Assembly: GCA_950097015.1 (NCBI GenBank)
Contig: CATNEN010000029.1
Span: 310,001 to 374,000, forward strand
Length of the DNA: 64,000 bases
Direction: 5' to 3'
From: Macrostomum hystrix
Taxonomy: Eukaryota > Animalia > Platyhelminthes
Shown: positions 21,601 to 35,240 of the stretch, one piece after another
Layout of the letters: each line of letters opens with the position of its first letter
How positions within the stretch are numbered: the stretch's first letter is position 1
Program-made: the position numbers and the translations under genes
Notes under the pieces: model-generated
Database searches by the model: none
Told to the model about the DNA's origin: nothing
What the model saw: the letters and a program-made list of their open reading frames with translations, nothing else

Positions 21601-21746
21601 ATTAAAATTATTAATAGCTTGCTACGCATTGCAAAAGTACAGCAACACAACATAAACTGCACTGTGGACTCGACCGTGCATTCCATTCGCCAATAACTTG
21701 GGAAGTAAAAGAAAAGCGATGAATTTGTAAACGATTGAAACTGGTT

Positions 21747-24700
21747 TCAAGCGTAAAAGTCAGGATCGTCCGAGTCGTCATCGCTGCCGAATGCCGCCCT
21801 TGCCTTGGCCGTGCGCCTGCGCTTCCTGGCCGGACGGGCTGACCCGCCGACCGCCCCCGCCGGCTTTGACGCCTTCGGCGGCTTCCTGTCAACGGGCGAA
21901 GCGACGCCGCTGGCAGAGTTGCCAGCCGAGGCTCCGGCAGAGGCGTCCTCGTCGAACTCCAGGCTGTCGCCGACAATAATCGCCGGATCGGCGCTGTCGT
22001 CGAAGCCGGAGGCTGCGGCAGCCCGTTTGTTCTCCTTGCCGGCAGACCTGGCACCGGCCTGCCCGGATTCGACCTGCTCGCTCTCCAGTTTCAGCAGCAT
22101 CTTGAGGCCCTTGGAGATGCGCGGATGCAGCTGCTCGGCCTTGCCAGCCTGGTAGCAGGCCGGGCAGCACCAGTAGTTGGGCATCTGGTCCGAGCGGAGA
22201 TCGGCGGTGACGAAGGCCGAGTCGAATGGCGCAGTCTCCAGCCGGCGGACACAGTCCGGGTGCAGCAGGCGCCAACAGACGCCGCACTCGAACAGATCCT
22301 GGTCTGGGTCGTAGTTGTCCTCCTCCTTCTCGACTTCGTTGAATTTTCGCGCCTCCCGGCATAGGAAGCAGGCCGCCTTGGCAGGCAGACTGCAGGCGAT
22401 GCACTGCTTCTGGATGCAGCACTGCTTGAGGATGCCCTGCCCACCGTACTTCATCATGTCTAGGCAGAAGACGCACTCCCGACAGTCGAGACGGCGGCAT
22501 GGCTCGCATAGGCGGCAGCGAACCCGACGATGAATGAACTTGTCAGTTGGCAGCTTGCTGCTCCGTATTCCACTACCGGCCTTCCGGCCGCGGCCGCCAC
22601 CGGCGCCTCCTTTTAACTGCCTGAAGTGTCCGGCGGCCTCTTTAAGCATGCCGGCTGGCCAGCGAATCACAGGGGCGCCGGTGCAGGCGTCCTCTGGCGT
22701 GTCAGCCGCGTGCTCCTCAAGCAGCTCCTGGATGTCGTCAAGCAGGCGGTCCGGCTCTGGCAGGTCACAGGGCACTTCGCGACGATTTGGCGGCAGCGGC
22801 CGCAGCCATTGCAGAAGTAGGCGAAGGCCCTGCAGCTCCGCCTGAGTAAGCGCCTGAGCAGTGCGATGGAAATGCATTAGGTTCAATTTTGACACTGCTT
22901 CAATTGGAAACTGGCACTACTTCAATCGAAAACTGGCACTACTTCAATTGAAAACTGGCACTACTTCAATTGGAAACTGGCACTACTTCAATTGGAAACT
23001 GGCACTACTTCAATTGAAAACTGGCACTACTTCAATTAAAAACTGGCACTACTTCAGTTGAACTCAAGCCCAGCAGAGGCCGTGCTGTCCAGTCTCACCT
23101 GTCCAGGCTGATGCGAAGTCTTCAAATCGGTGCCGTACTCAGCCATGCGCTCGGCATAGGCGGCCAAATCCTCGCCATCCTCTTTAGCCGGCACAACGTG
23201 CTCCCGGCGCATCAGACAGCCAGCGTAGCGGGCCAGCACGTACCAGTGCAGCTGCATGAACAGAGGAAAGCGGAACTGGCGCTTAACCCGGGTCTTCTCT
23301 TCCAGCTCCCAAACGCGCAGCTGCAGCTTGATGTTGAACGAGTGCAGGTAGTTGCCGCCAAACACTAGCGAGTCCTCCGGTGTGTACACTGCGTGCATCC
23401 AGCCGGTGGGGACAAAGAATGTGTTGCCAGGCTCCAATTCAACGCGTTGGCACTTCTCCACCTGTTTCACGGATGAGATAGGATAGCAGGTAACACCAAG
23501 CATTCTAAATTACAATGAGTTTAGAATTAAGCTGGCAGGAGCTTCAAGAAATTCAAAGCTGGTAAATAGCAAGCTTCTAAATATTCAAAGCTGGTAAACA
23601 CCACCTTCTAGATATTCAAAGCTGGTAAACGCCACCTTCTCAGATATTCAATGTAGGTAAACACACCTTCTAGATATTCAATGCAGGTAAACACACCTTC
23701 TAGATATTCAAAGCTGGTAAGTACAAAATTCTAGATATTCAATGCAATTAAACACCACCTTCTAGATATTCAATGCAGGTAAACACCACCTTCTAGATAT
23801 TCAAAGCTGGTAAACACCACCTTCTAGATATTCAAAGCTGGTAAGCACAACATTCTAGATATTCAATGCAGGTAAATACCACCTTCTAGATATTCAAAGC
23901 TGGTAAGCACAAAATTCTAGATATTCAATGCAATTAAACACCACCTTCTAGATATTCAATGTAGATAAACACCACCTTCTAGATATTCAATGCAAGTAAA
24001 CACCACCTTCTAGATATTCAAAGCTGGTAAGCACAACATTCTAGATATTCAATGCAAGTAAACACCACCTTCTAGATATTCAATGCAGGTAAACACTACC
24101 TTCTAGATATTCAATGCAGGTAAACACCACCTTCTAGATATTCAAAGCTGGTAAACACCACCTTCTAGATATTCAAAGCTGGTAAGCACAACATTCTAGA
24201 TATTCAATGCAGGTAAACACCACCTTCAAGATATTCAATGCAGGTAAACACCACCTTCTAGATATTAAATGCAAGTAAACACCACCTTCTAGATATTCAA
24301 AGCTGGTAAACACCGCGCGAACTGCTGGCATGTCCATAGAAGGCAAGCTAGCTCTTCAAATACAGATTTATCTTAATGACGGGAAGTTAGGGTATCCAGA
24401 AGCCCAGCTGGACCCGGCAACTCACCATGTCGCCAAAGAATGTGGCGTCCTGCCTACCGGACAAAGTCCACTGTTCGAACAGTTGAATGTTTCGCTCAGT
24501 TGGCGGCACGAGCCAGAATACCTTGCGGCCACGCAGAATGTGATACCAGACACTTGTACCGCCCATGTCGATGTGCCAGTCAGTGTAACAGTCGGCTACA
24601 CTCATTAGCACGTACTTGCGCACCTTTGGATAGAACATAGTATCCATGGAGTTCAAAGCGTCCATCTGTTTCTCGCGCAGGTATGGCGGCCAGGCGCGAT

Positions 24701-25169
24701 CGATCCAGTCAATCTGGCGCACCACGGTCGGACTCTCCACATAATTATCTAGCTTGGTGTGCGAGAACTCTAGGCTGATGACATTCAGGATCCGGTCTCG
24801 GTTGGGATCGGTGTAGTAGTCAGTCCACTGGCGCATTGTCATGACCAGCGCCTGTTGGGTACGCACGTCCATGACGTCAACTGGGCGCCTGGCGCCAACC
24901 ATGAGCTTGACATCGGCCACAGTGAAGGAGTCAGATGGTACTCGCAAGCCTAGACCAGTTTTAGTGCGAAACAGAAGCGGATTGCGAAATCCGTCGCGCT
25001 GCAGCTCGGCCAGGCCGAAGCCTTCGCCGCTGTCGCGAATGTCAACAAATGAGGCCGAGTAGCGGTCCGAGTTCAGCTTCGCCTCCAGGTCCCACTCGCG
25101 CTGGCCGTCAATCAGAGGATCATAGTCGTCCTCTTCGGGTGTTTTGCGCTTTAGACCAGGACGCACCAT
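21747..25169 (-). CDS. KDM2: KDM2-like histone H3K36 demethylase (JmjC + CXXC zinc finger + PHD), about 737 aa; exons 25169-24426, 23461-23099, 22853-21747
   Basis: JmjC motifs YTDWHIDMGGTSVWYH, KVFWL and VPTGWMHAVYTP. CXXC RRVRCRLCEPCRRLDCRECVFCLDMMKYGGQGILKQCCIQKQC. PHD CFLC...ECGVCWRLLHPDC...WCCPAC. Both introns are GT-AG phase 0. Confidence 0.93.
22895..23056. repeat. 22-bp tandem repeat (CTTCAATTGGAAACTGGCACTA) in KDM2 intron 2
   Basis: Direct reading, about 7 copies. Confidence 0.95.
23575..24310. repeat. About 29-31-bp minisatellite (TTCTAGATATTCAATGCAGGTAAACACCACC / ...CAAAGCTGG...) in KDM2 intron 1
   Basis: Direct reading; two alternating unit types. Confidence 0.95.
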
Positions 25170-28100
25170 GCTGGCAGGTGTTTAAAACTGGAAGGATAGT
25201 TTTTCGGAATAATAAATGATTTTTCATTTAGCTATTAAATGATCATTTGTTTCGAAAAAAGTGATTTCTCTCTTAATTCAGCAAACTGATACTGCTTTTC
25301 TTTCATCTTAAATAATAGGCTAGATTTGCTCTAATCTATTTATAGATTGCTTAACTAGCCTAGAATAAAGTATAATACATTCAGTCTTGCGAAATCCAGC
25401 TGTCCTAGAACTAAATCAAGCTAGCAAACACAATCTCGAGACTCGAATTATTGAGTAATTGAGTATTGAGTAATCTTACCAATTCCCGAATTGCTTAGCT
25501 AATCTAGATGCATCTATAGATGCAACATACAGTATAGATACTTTTTTCGAAATCTAGCTAGCTAAATCTAATAAAATTGATTACCAAAATATTTTATCTT
25601 GCTCACTGCAAATAAAGCTAAAACCTTAACATTTATTAGCATTAAAAAAATTTGTAATACTGGCCAAAGAATTGGTAAGCTCTAGCTATGAATTTAAACA
25701 GAGACAAATAGCTAGCTGCTTCTAAAACAAAAGTCGAACATAATAGCGAATTTATAACTGTAGCTTGCTTCGAACTAAATTGTATAGCCCTGGCCCAGTC
25801 TATGACTATGGTTTCGAATTTATGATAACTTTTATTGGAACTGTTGAATTTGCTAATCAATTCATAACATGAGCGATTATATGATAAATGAATGTTGAAC
25901 ATATATAATTGTTTACCATAGCTTATCTCGAATCTATTGTTTGCACATTTTAAATGAAATAAGTAGCTATAGCTATTCTATTAATAGCTACAACACACTA
26001 TGAGCATTAAAGAAAACATTTTTGCAGATACTGAGATACCTCAATAAGTCCTTGATGCATAAAAACGTAGCCTAATAGCTAGTTAGATAAGTTAAGAACA
26101 ATTGTTCTCAATAGTCTTCATTTCGTCAGAACAACCAATTGATGACTTCTGACTCGAAATTGAAAAAAATCATAGCAAAAAAGTGAAACTACATTACAAT
26201 AGCATGTAAGTTCTAGAGTTCAACAGTTTATAGAATGTTGAGAAGTTTTACAATGTATAAAACATTTTTTTGAAATATGTTTTGCAGGTTTTTGTGTTAT
26301 TAAAGTGTGAAACTTTTGTAGACAATTGTGACTTAAAACAATGAATAATAATTAGTGCGTCACTGCAACACACTACGTGTAACTCTACTAAAAGTAGGCA
26401 TACTAACACTATTATTGTAAATATGAAAGGCATGCAACTCTTAAGGACGAAATGGAATTAGTCTTTAGTGGCACATTATTTTTGCTAAGACAACCCAATT
26501 ATATTGTTATTGAATATATTTTCTCTACTATATTTTTCTACTAAGGAATGCATTGGAAGGTGCTTAAAATTGTTCATGACGTTTATAATTGTAAAGTTTT
26601 CAAAGCTGATGATTAATTCCCAAAAGGTTAGGATTTAACTGAAATATACATGTACCCTTTAGATAAAGTCATAAACATCATAACACTTTCTTGCACAAAA
26701 GATTAATGTACAAAAACTCAGCCGCGACAGGCTTAAGAACTAAAAGTGAATGAAAGCACATCATTTTTTATTTACTATTAAAATGGAAGTTCAAACTGTA
26801 CATGGTGGAATGATTTTTCATTTCTGAAGCGTAGCATTAAAACAAACTTTATAAACTAGAATGGACCAAACCGACACAATGTTCTTAATAACGAATACGG
26901 CAATATCTAGCAGAAACATATTATATAGTTGAAAATGCTGCTTCAAATAGTCGAATTTATGGTATCACTTGATGGCATTGATTTGATAATTGAAAACCGA
27001 TATGTAATTTTTGAAGCTGGTCCAATTTACTATAAGCTAACCAAAAGAGTAAAAGCGTATTTTAGGTAGTAAAGACGAATTTTTTAAGCCATGCTAAAAG
27101 CATAATAAAAAACAATTATATTAAGAATATCTTGCTGCATATAGCTCTCGTAAAGCATGTTTTAAATCGACATATATGTAGATGTGCTTGTCTGTGCAAT
27201 TGCACACAGTACTTTGAACAGCAAATGAACTAAAGTACTCAGTTTAAAAAAACACTAAAAGTTAATTAATAAATATGTTTTTAGACTAAAAATCCAAGGC
27301 AAGATCATAGCTTATACAAGTTGGCTGCATGGTCAGTGAAAAAACGAGGCTTAACCCATAAGATGTAAAAAGTTCGCATGTGAAAGCCCATGACAAGAAG
27401 ATCTTTTTCTAGCACTGGCCCGATCCCTGGTAAAAGCTTCTACAGCATTTACACGTAACAGTGTTTCATGCATGCAACAAAGCATGATACGTGTACACAT
27501 TACATTTTGTATTTTACAGTATTTGATTTGTATGTTAGCGATATGATAAATTCATAATGATCGATGTCGTTCCCATTTCGTGTACTTTCCTTCCCATCAT
27601 AAGGTAAGTTAAACTTTTTTTAAAAAATGTAAGCAAAATATAAAGTGAAGGATTATGTATATAAGTATCCAACAATGGGTAATATTTCGCCTGCGTATCT
27701 CTGTCATTAAAAGTGCATTTTTGTTTAGAACAATTTTTTAATTAGACCTAGAAGCGCCTATTTCAAATTCTGACGTCTGACTTATTATAATAGTTTGACT
27801 GATAGACAACAAAATTGCATGCGCGAAAAAATCTTTGCTCGTTCACTATGATAATAATCAGGCATGAAATATTGGAATCAGAATATGATAATTCTAACTA
27901 AAAACGAAAGTTAAACTTTTAATCATGAAATAATTCATTATTGATTATTTCACTCGATAAGTACAAGTACTAACAAAGTACTAACATCAGCTTAATCTGA
28001 TGTTATAGTACTTGCGAAAAACACAACCTCCGTTTCATACAAACACATTCATTAAACTTTTTCCAATTAGTATAAGAAAGAGTATAAAATAATGTATAAA

Positions 28101-31100
28101 AATTCTTCACAACTAAATTATGTATCCCGGGGATGCCTCGATGCGAGGCCTGGAAATCCCACGGTGCTGATCCCAAGATGGAAGGGGATCAGGCCCTATA
28201 CTCCCCCATGGAAGCTGGTTTTCTGGTCCGATTGGCCAAGGTCCCATTGTCTACTCTAATTCTAGCCAGGGAGTTTTATGCTTATAGAGACTTCTTAGAG
28301 TATAGTTCTGCCACCACCACTTGCGGTTCTATAGAATCCATAACTAAAATCTAACGAGGCCGGGGGCCCCGCGGTAGCGCTGGGCATCTACTGTGCTGGG
28401 CATCTACTGGGTGTCCCAGCTGGTCAGTGCGGAAGCAGGTCTTGCGCATTGGCCGGGGCTTCTTTTATACTTTACAATATCCTATAACCTTTAACTGGGA
28501 ATAAGGCATTTGCTGAAGTTTAAATATCGATGTTCAATCCAATTCTTACTAGCTAGGTCTGCGCCGCGCTTAGTTGGAGAAAGTCTATAGCCTCGTATTA
28601 ATGCGGCGCTGTGTGCAAACAGTGTATTACTATTAGTATTATCATACCGATTTTCATTAGAGTTAAATTATACATTATATTAATTCTATCAACAACCTTC
28701 CTCTCAGATTGCAGTGCACGTGACATACGGTTTCTTCTCAGTAACCTGCATGCTTAAATGAGCGGGGAAAACTAAAAAGAAAAGTAAATAGATTTAGCGA
28801 TTCAATTACCTACGAGCAATGGCTCCACACAATTGGCAATTATTTATTGGAATAGAAAAATAATAAGGGAAATTATGCTGTCCAATGCGGTCAAAAGCAA
28901 AATAACAAATACCTACTAATTGAGTCGGGCTCCACCAGATGCAGCTGGACTCGGCTGTACTGCACGGTCAGGTGGCTGGGCGCAAGGTCGACCGTCGTTG
29001 TTCAACGGCGAATTGTCTTGCCCTGACGACTCGGGGGATGGGGGAATTACTATATCAGGGATTTGGGGACTCGACATAAGGGAATAACTTTGGGGAAGGG
29101 GGGATAAGATTTATTTTAAGCTTGGAGGGTGGCGGCCGGGCATGTGAAATCACGTAATAGTAAGTTGCGCATTAATTATTACTTTGCTTAATAAATTGAT
29201 TTATCTATTTTATAAACTTTATCTAAATTATCTCAATTTATGAAAATACTCGTCCTAATTAGAATACATTGAGGAGATACATAAATTAAAGTTAAATTGG
29301 GGAAAGGTACTATGGGATTCGCGTGAAATATTTAAAGGACATTTGTAGGTTAAGCTCGCGCGTCACGCTTGAGTGAACCTGAACAATGGAAAGCGGATGT
29401 GAGGTGGGCGTTTTGAGGGGTCTTAGCGATCATCAAGGCGATGACTCATCAAGTCATGCGTTTTGACCACCCAGTATGTCCTCAAGGGCGGTGGGAGAAG
29501 TACTTTTACAAGTCTACGGGATGGAATGTTTGAATTCAACGATCGTTGATTTGTTGCAAAGATAAAATTCGGCGCTTTAAAATGACACCAATAACTTGAC
29601 TCATTTGCTGCTTGACCTGCAAAGCTTCAGATTAGAGAAATTTCGGCGTTTATAACGGGGAAATTTGCCGGAAATTTTCGTTTTTCATGAAACGCCTTTC
29701 AGTTCCACTATATATAATTTAGCTTTTGCGGCAGCTTGAATTGTAAGCATTTCACTATCACTGCTAGCTAGCTGAGCCATGCAGAGGCGTGGAAGAAGCG
29801 GTCAGCGAGTTAATTAATATAAATTGATCTTTTGTTCTACAGCAGCAATTATTAAGCACGATCGAGAGCGCGGATTCAGGTCCACTCGGCCTCGGCCCGA
29901 ATCGAGCTTGCAGGACAAGCAAGAACATGAAAAACTTGAGTAGTCCTGCAAGATTACTCTAGTTGTCCACAAAGAAGAAATAAAGGATTAGATGAAATTG
30001 GCTGACTATGACTCAAGCCCAGAGTACACTATATACTACAAAGTACTCTAAAGTAATTTATTTTATAAAAAGACAAATGATCGATACAACGTGGAAAAGC
30101 ACATTCCATATTCTTACAAATGCCGATACAGTAGTGCAGTTGCTGGCACTCAGGATACTCGATCATATAATTAGTAAGCCGATAGATTCGCCTTCGCTAG
30201 TTTCGCAGTGCACTTGCGTGTCAAAGATTGGAACTTTGTAAGAAGTTTCAGCGTAATATGCGAAACTGTGTTTAAATAATTAAGAGCGGGACACCGAAGT
30301 TATGCCGTACCCTTGAGCAGACCTGCGGCAGTGGATACAGAAGATTCGCGAGCTCTTTTGCTGAGCAACGCTGATTTCTTACTAGTAATTATTAAATGCC
30401 CCTTAGCTGTGTTTTGTTTGGCCCAAAAACCTTAAAGCATGTGTTGCCAAAATTGACTTCGTCGTTTTTACCGATAAATGTTATTTTCAAAATTCTTTTC
30501 TTTTGTTCAAAGCAGAATTAGGGAAGTGTTATTGAAACGTAAGCTGCAAGCTACGCGGCCTTGTGATATCCATATTGACGCAGAAAAAAACGATTTTGTA
30601 TACCGTATTTAGATGATTTAGTAAATTTGATCCACGAACACATTTTCAAATGTCCTTCTAAATTAGACTCAACTTTTTACTTTGTCTATCTAGCTACCTA
30701 TATTATATTATAGGCCCTATGTAATAGTACCGACATGTGTCACAGTTTTGCAAGTTACATTATTTTTATGTAAGCCTTTAATATTGTTTACAATGAAAAT
30801 TTACTATTTTGTTTTGCTTTGTTTTTTGTGAGAGATAGCTAGCTACCTATATATGTTAATGGCTTATGACGGCATGTCAATTAGCATATGAATAGCCGAA
30901 GCTTATGCTAATTCAATTTATAATGTTTATGTAGATACATGTAATCATATAAACATAATTAGCACCCAGATAGGATGTTGCAGACTACATACTACACATA
31001 ACTTGCTAATTGACTAGTTAATTATATATGTTGTTTAATGTTTAATTGACCCTATTAAGCATACCAATTTAATAACCTTATGCCTATAGATTGCTAGGCC

Positions 31101-33098
31101 TGCCTTCTGGCAATCCTATAATTATTTTGCTGATTTGCTACTTAAATTAGTTTTCTGCTTAAATCCAATTCTTCTATATTATTATTGATGTCTAACATTA
31201 CAAAATCAGAAATACAACAATTTCCCATGTATATACATATGCAACACCCAACTGACCTGGCCAAATCTGCTGGCTAAACCTGGCCAATAAGTAACAAGGC
31301 CAAGTAAAGTAAGTTGCAAAAAACAACTGATTGAAGGCAAAAAACAAGTCCAAGAGACAAAGTGAGAAAAAATAAAGCACAAAAAGAGAGATAAAAACTA
31401 AGAGAAGAATTATAGAAAAGACAAGGATATAGAAATAGGATCACAAAACATGTTCTTAGGCCAGTCATAAATAGAACAAAGAAACAAACTAAATTGTAGA
31501 TAAAAGATAATAAAGTTGTAGATAAGGAAAATTGACTTACAGTTAAAAGCAAAATAAATTTCAGGGGAGAGAAAACTAAGTCACAGTTGAGAGAAAACAA
31601 ATTTACAGATAAAGGAAAACTAAGCCATAGTAAGCCACTAAGCCTCTGTTTTTCTTCTCTTTTAGGGGAAAGCTAAGTCATGGATAAGAGACCCACAAAG
31701 TTTGCTAACTTCCCAAATATGGTAAACTTCTATAGTCTATTTTAGCTGACTTATCTCTAAGGTGACAGAAGGTGTCAATTTCCCCAAAGCTAGAATATTT
31801 TGTCTATATGCTATGATTTCATCTCCATGTTCAATAAGATATCTAAGAAATGAATAATATGTAGCTTTTTTGTGGATGTAACTTTATAGTTTACATACTT
31901 TGCATAGATTGTATAAATTGAAATAATCTAACTGCACCTTTCCTATACCTCAAATGGCTGTAGGATAATCTTGCAACAGAAATACAATTGCCTTTTTACA
32001 AGATTAAAAATTATTGTAAAAATAATGGACAATTATTCTATTGTCCATCAATGCATCAGATTCTGCATTTGATTAACTCAGCTCAAATCCAATCAAATCA
32101 GCTCAAGTTGCTGCTAAACTTATAGCAAGTAGGTCATAATTTTGATTTTAAATTGTAACTTCTTTTAATGGTTACCATTTATTTTTTTTTTATAAAAAGC
32201 CTCATCACTAAGTATCATGAATCATTGTATTCATGATAAAAATTGTCTTTAATCCTATCAAAAATATACAGCAATGTATGTCACATTTTTGTGTTAAAAA
32301 ACAAAGTTGCATAGCTGGCTATGATTCTGGAGGGTGTATATGTGGTAGCATTAGCATGTACAAGCGTACTACCAGCAATTTTTTTTAGTTTTATTGCCAT
32401 ATAATCACTACCTGATAATAATTGTAGCTACTGTTTGAATCAAACAGTGGACAAATGGTATTACTTTAAATTTTAAATGAGGGTTCTTGTTATAAATAAA
32501 AAACATAAATAGTGACAAAAATGTTAGCAATACCATTGTAATTTGTAGTATGCCTTAAATAGCTATATTTGCACCTCCCTTAAGCTATTGTTCCTAACTT
32601 GAGCCAAGTCCCCTAGGCTATTGTAGCCTTTTTAAGCCATAAACATTTCTTGATGCCATATGAGCATACAATTTTAGGCAATATTCGAGATTTCCTTGCA
32701 TTATTATATCTTTTGAGTTAGACTATTCTTTATATGCATTAGGTAAAAATATACACTGGGTAAAATCAATGTACCTGGTTAAAGTCAAGACTAAATTGCA
32801 CAAAAATCTAGACTACTGACGCTATGGTGTATTCTTTTTTATTCTTAATTTCCTTATGTTAAGATTAAAATATTTTAATATGTCATATGAATTTAAAACT
32901 ACTTAAAATATGACAGGCTTTTTTATTATTAAATTATATGATACCTTCTTTGGCCACTGCTTATGAAACTGATTAACCATGCCCAACACTATAAATTAAG
33001 TATAATATTTGCAAGCTTAATTTCTAAATTATGTAATAAACATGTTAAGATAGGCCTATCAACGGTTATAAGAAACCAGTGCTGGTAACTATGCATAT

Positions 33099-33174
33099 TG
33101 CTTGGACTGGAAGCATCGTACAGAGCGTCAGGCGTCAGTGGCGGCAGAACTAGTTGGCAACTGCAATTGCCACC
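33099..33174 (-). repeat. 76-bp perfect inverted copy of ILRUN coding sequence 33902-33977
   Basis: The reverse complement of 33099-33174 is identical base for base to 33902-33977. Confidence 0.97.
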
Positions 33175-33418
33175 TTCTCTTTGCAGGACTGCAATTTCCA
33201 TGTTCAGACAATGCTATTAATTGTGCAAATAAAAAATGTCCCAAGCCTGTCCCTAAATGTAGGGAATAGAAGTGGGCAAAGTTTGTTTTCAAAGTTCTAT
33301 TCTTTTGCTGGCACTTGCTTATATCGATAATTTATGTAGCATTAATTTATTTCACAAATGCCGTTTTCTAATTTGCAGCTTCCTGCTTAAAAAATCGAGA
33401 AAAACTTGGTTGTCGGAA

Positions 33419-34364
33419 ATGGAGGTAGACGAGCTAGGCGGAAGTGGCAGTGGTGGCGGCGACTCGGAAAATCAGCTAGTGAACATGTTCAGCAGCATGG
33501 CCACAGAGGACAAGGACAAACTAGTAACTGCACTGCAGGGTGTCATTGGGTCTGGTGTTAGTCCGGCTAATTGCCGATTTTTCCTAGAGCTCGCTAACTG
33601 GAACCTCAGTGCCGCTATCGGAGCCTATTATGACTTTGATTTTTCTCAACAGCAACAGCAGCAGCATCTGCAGTTAGACCACGATTCTACTGACGCAGTT
33701 GGGCCTCGCATGGTCATCCTCTCATGCCAGGCCGCTATTTGCCAGGACGATACTCTGGCCATTTCCTGCACTGTATACAACGAATCCACCAACGACTCTC
33801 CGCCCGGCTGCCGGCTTGTGTGCAGCCCAGAGGCAGCTGACGCTAGCGCCAGCGGCGGAGCTCCACTGTGCGAACCCTGCCTACTACCGAGCATGCGGCC
33901 TGGTGGCAATTGCAGTTGCCAACTAGTTCTGCCGCCACTGACGCCTGACGCTCTGTACGATGCTTCCAGTCCAAGCAGGCGAGTTCGCTTGCGGCTGCAC
34001 GCACCCGACGGTTCGCCGCTATCGATGTCATCCTCCACTCGTTGTCTGGACCTAGTTGAACTGGCAACCAGAGGCCGCATCACCGAAGCGCAAGGTGAAG
34101 CCGAAGCTGACGCCGCTGCGGCTGTTGCAGCCGCGAACTGGGCTAGCGCTGAATCGCCACTAGCAGCGGTGAGAAAAGTTTGGTTTTGGACTCTCTTGAG
34201 GAACTTTATTTACAATAGACGTGTGATCCGTACCTTGCTTCTTCTTTAACAGCTGGCACACAGTACCAGATTCCTGCTCCAATTTGCTACAGATAACCAT
34301 TCTGTTCGCTTTTCAGAATCCGCCACCCTCTCCGTCTCACACCGACGAGCAAATGATGGAGTAG
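33419..34364 (+). CDS. ILRUN: ILRUN/C6orf106-like protein (UBA-like domain + diverged NBR1-like domain); exons 33419-34168 and 34317-34364 (alternative acceptor possible near 34251)
   Basis: FSSMATEDKDKLV...SPANCRFFLELANWNLSAAIGAYYDF matches the C6orf106 UBA-like domain as I recall it (FSCLGTTDKDVLI...CAFFLDMTNWNLQAAIGAYYDF). Acceptor tttctaatttgcag upstream of the ATG; phase-0 GTGAGA donor at 34169. Confidence 0.85.
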
Positions 34365-35240
34365 CCTCAGCTTTGGCTGTGTTGCCCCTAGCGACTGGAG
34401 ATTCTCGCAAAATTGATTATCTTCAATGAATGGCATTTTCTAGTTACAAAAAGCGCGTTCAAATGTCTGTCTCTTTTCTCGCTTGCATTTTTATAAATGT
34501 GGTGTTATATAATCTGGTATTTGTGTGCAAATGTGCTTTCCTGATTATTAAAAAAACTGACTTGCTAACTGCGACTTGCAGCCTGTACATGTACTTAAAG
34601 CCCTCATTCTCAGCGAGTAAATGTAAGCCTATATGTAAACATATGTTTTGATGTAACATTGCTATTGATACTTAACACAGCTTGTTAAGTATACTTATTC
34701 CAAACAAAGCCGTTGGTTATATTTAATAATTTTCCGATAAGTACAATATGCAAAGGACATCATTATGTGCTCTCTTTATCAGATTATAGATCTTTGGAAG
34801 AAAACTTTTCCGTAACTCATAACTCACTATCCTCCCTTCAAAAAACTTGTCTGAGCGTATAGAAGCGACTGTTTTTTATGATAGATTTTCCTGTCCTGTC
34901 TGATTTAACCGTGAATTAACAAATAAATAAACATATGAAGATGTGTATCATAGTGTTTTATTAATGATTGTAACTAACAAGTTCTTTCTGGAGCTGTTTT
35001 TCCCAAAGCTAAAATAAGCTTAAGAATGCGCTTTAATATTCAAGCCAGCTTTTAATTACTCTAAAGAACAGTGATTTAAAGAGTAAATGAGCTGTAGGAT
35101 TTGCAGAATGGTTTACTATAAATGTACATGTGCAAAAGGACATAAAGCAAATCTTTGTGTAGGCTTACTTGTTAAGATTTTAAGCCACGCTGTGTTATAA
35201 ATGTGACTTAAGTATAATATCCCTAACAATTTCAGCTCAA

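Noticed and set aside
21611-22845. Plus-strand and alternative-frame ORFs over the KDM2 last exon (likewise over AK5, nAChR and Tudor B)
   Set aside because: Antisense shadows of GC-rich coding sequence.
28120-28470. MITE or LTR at a GC-rich patch
   Set aside because: Only an 8-bp AT-rich inverted match at the edges, no TSD and no second copy in the window; left unannotated.
31198-31600. Hydrophobic membrane-protein ORFs on the minus strand
   Set aside because: Produced by A-rich low-complexity sequence; non-ATG or weak starts and no splice or domain support.
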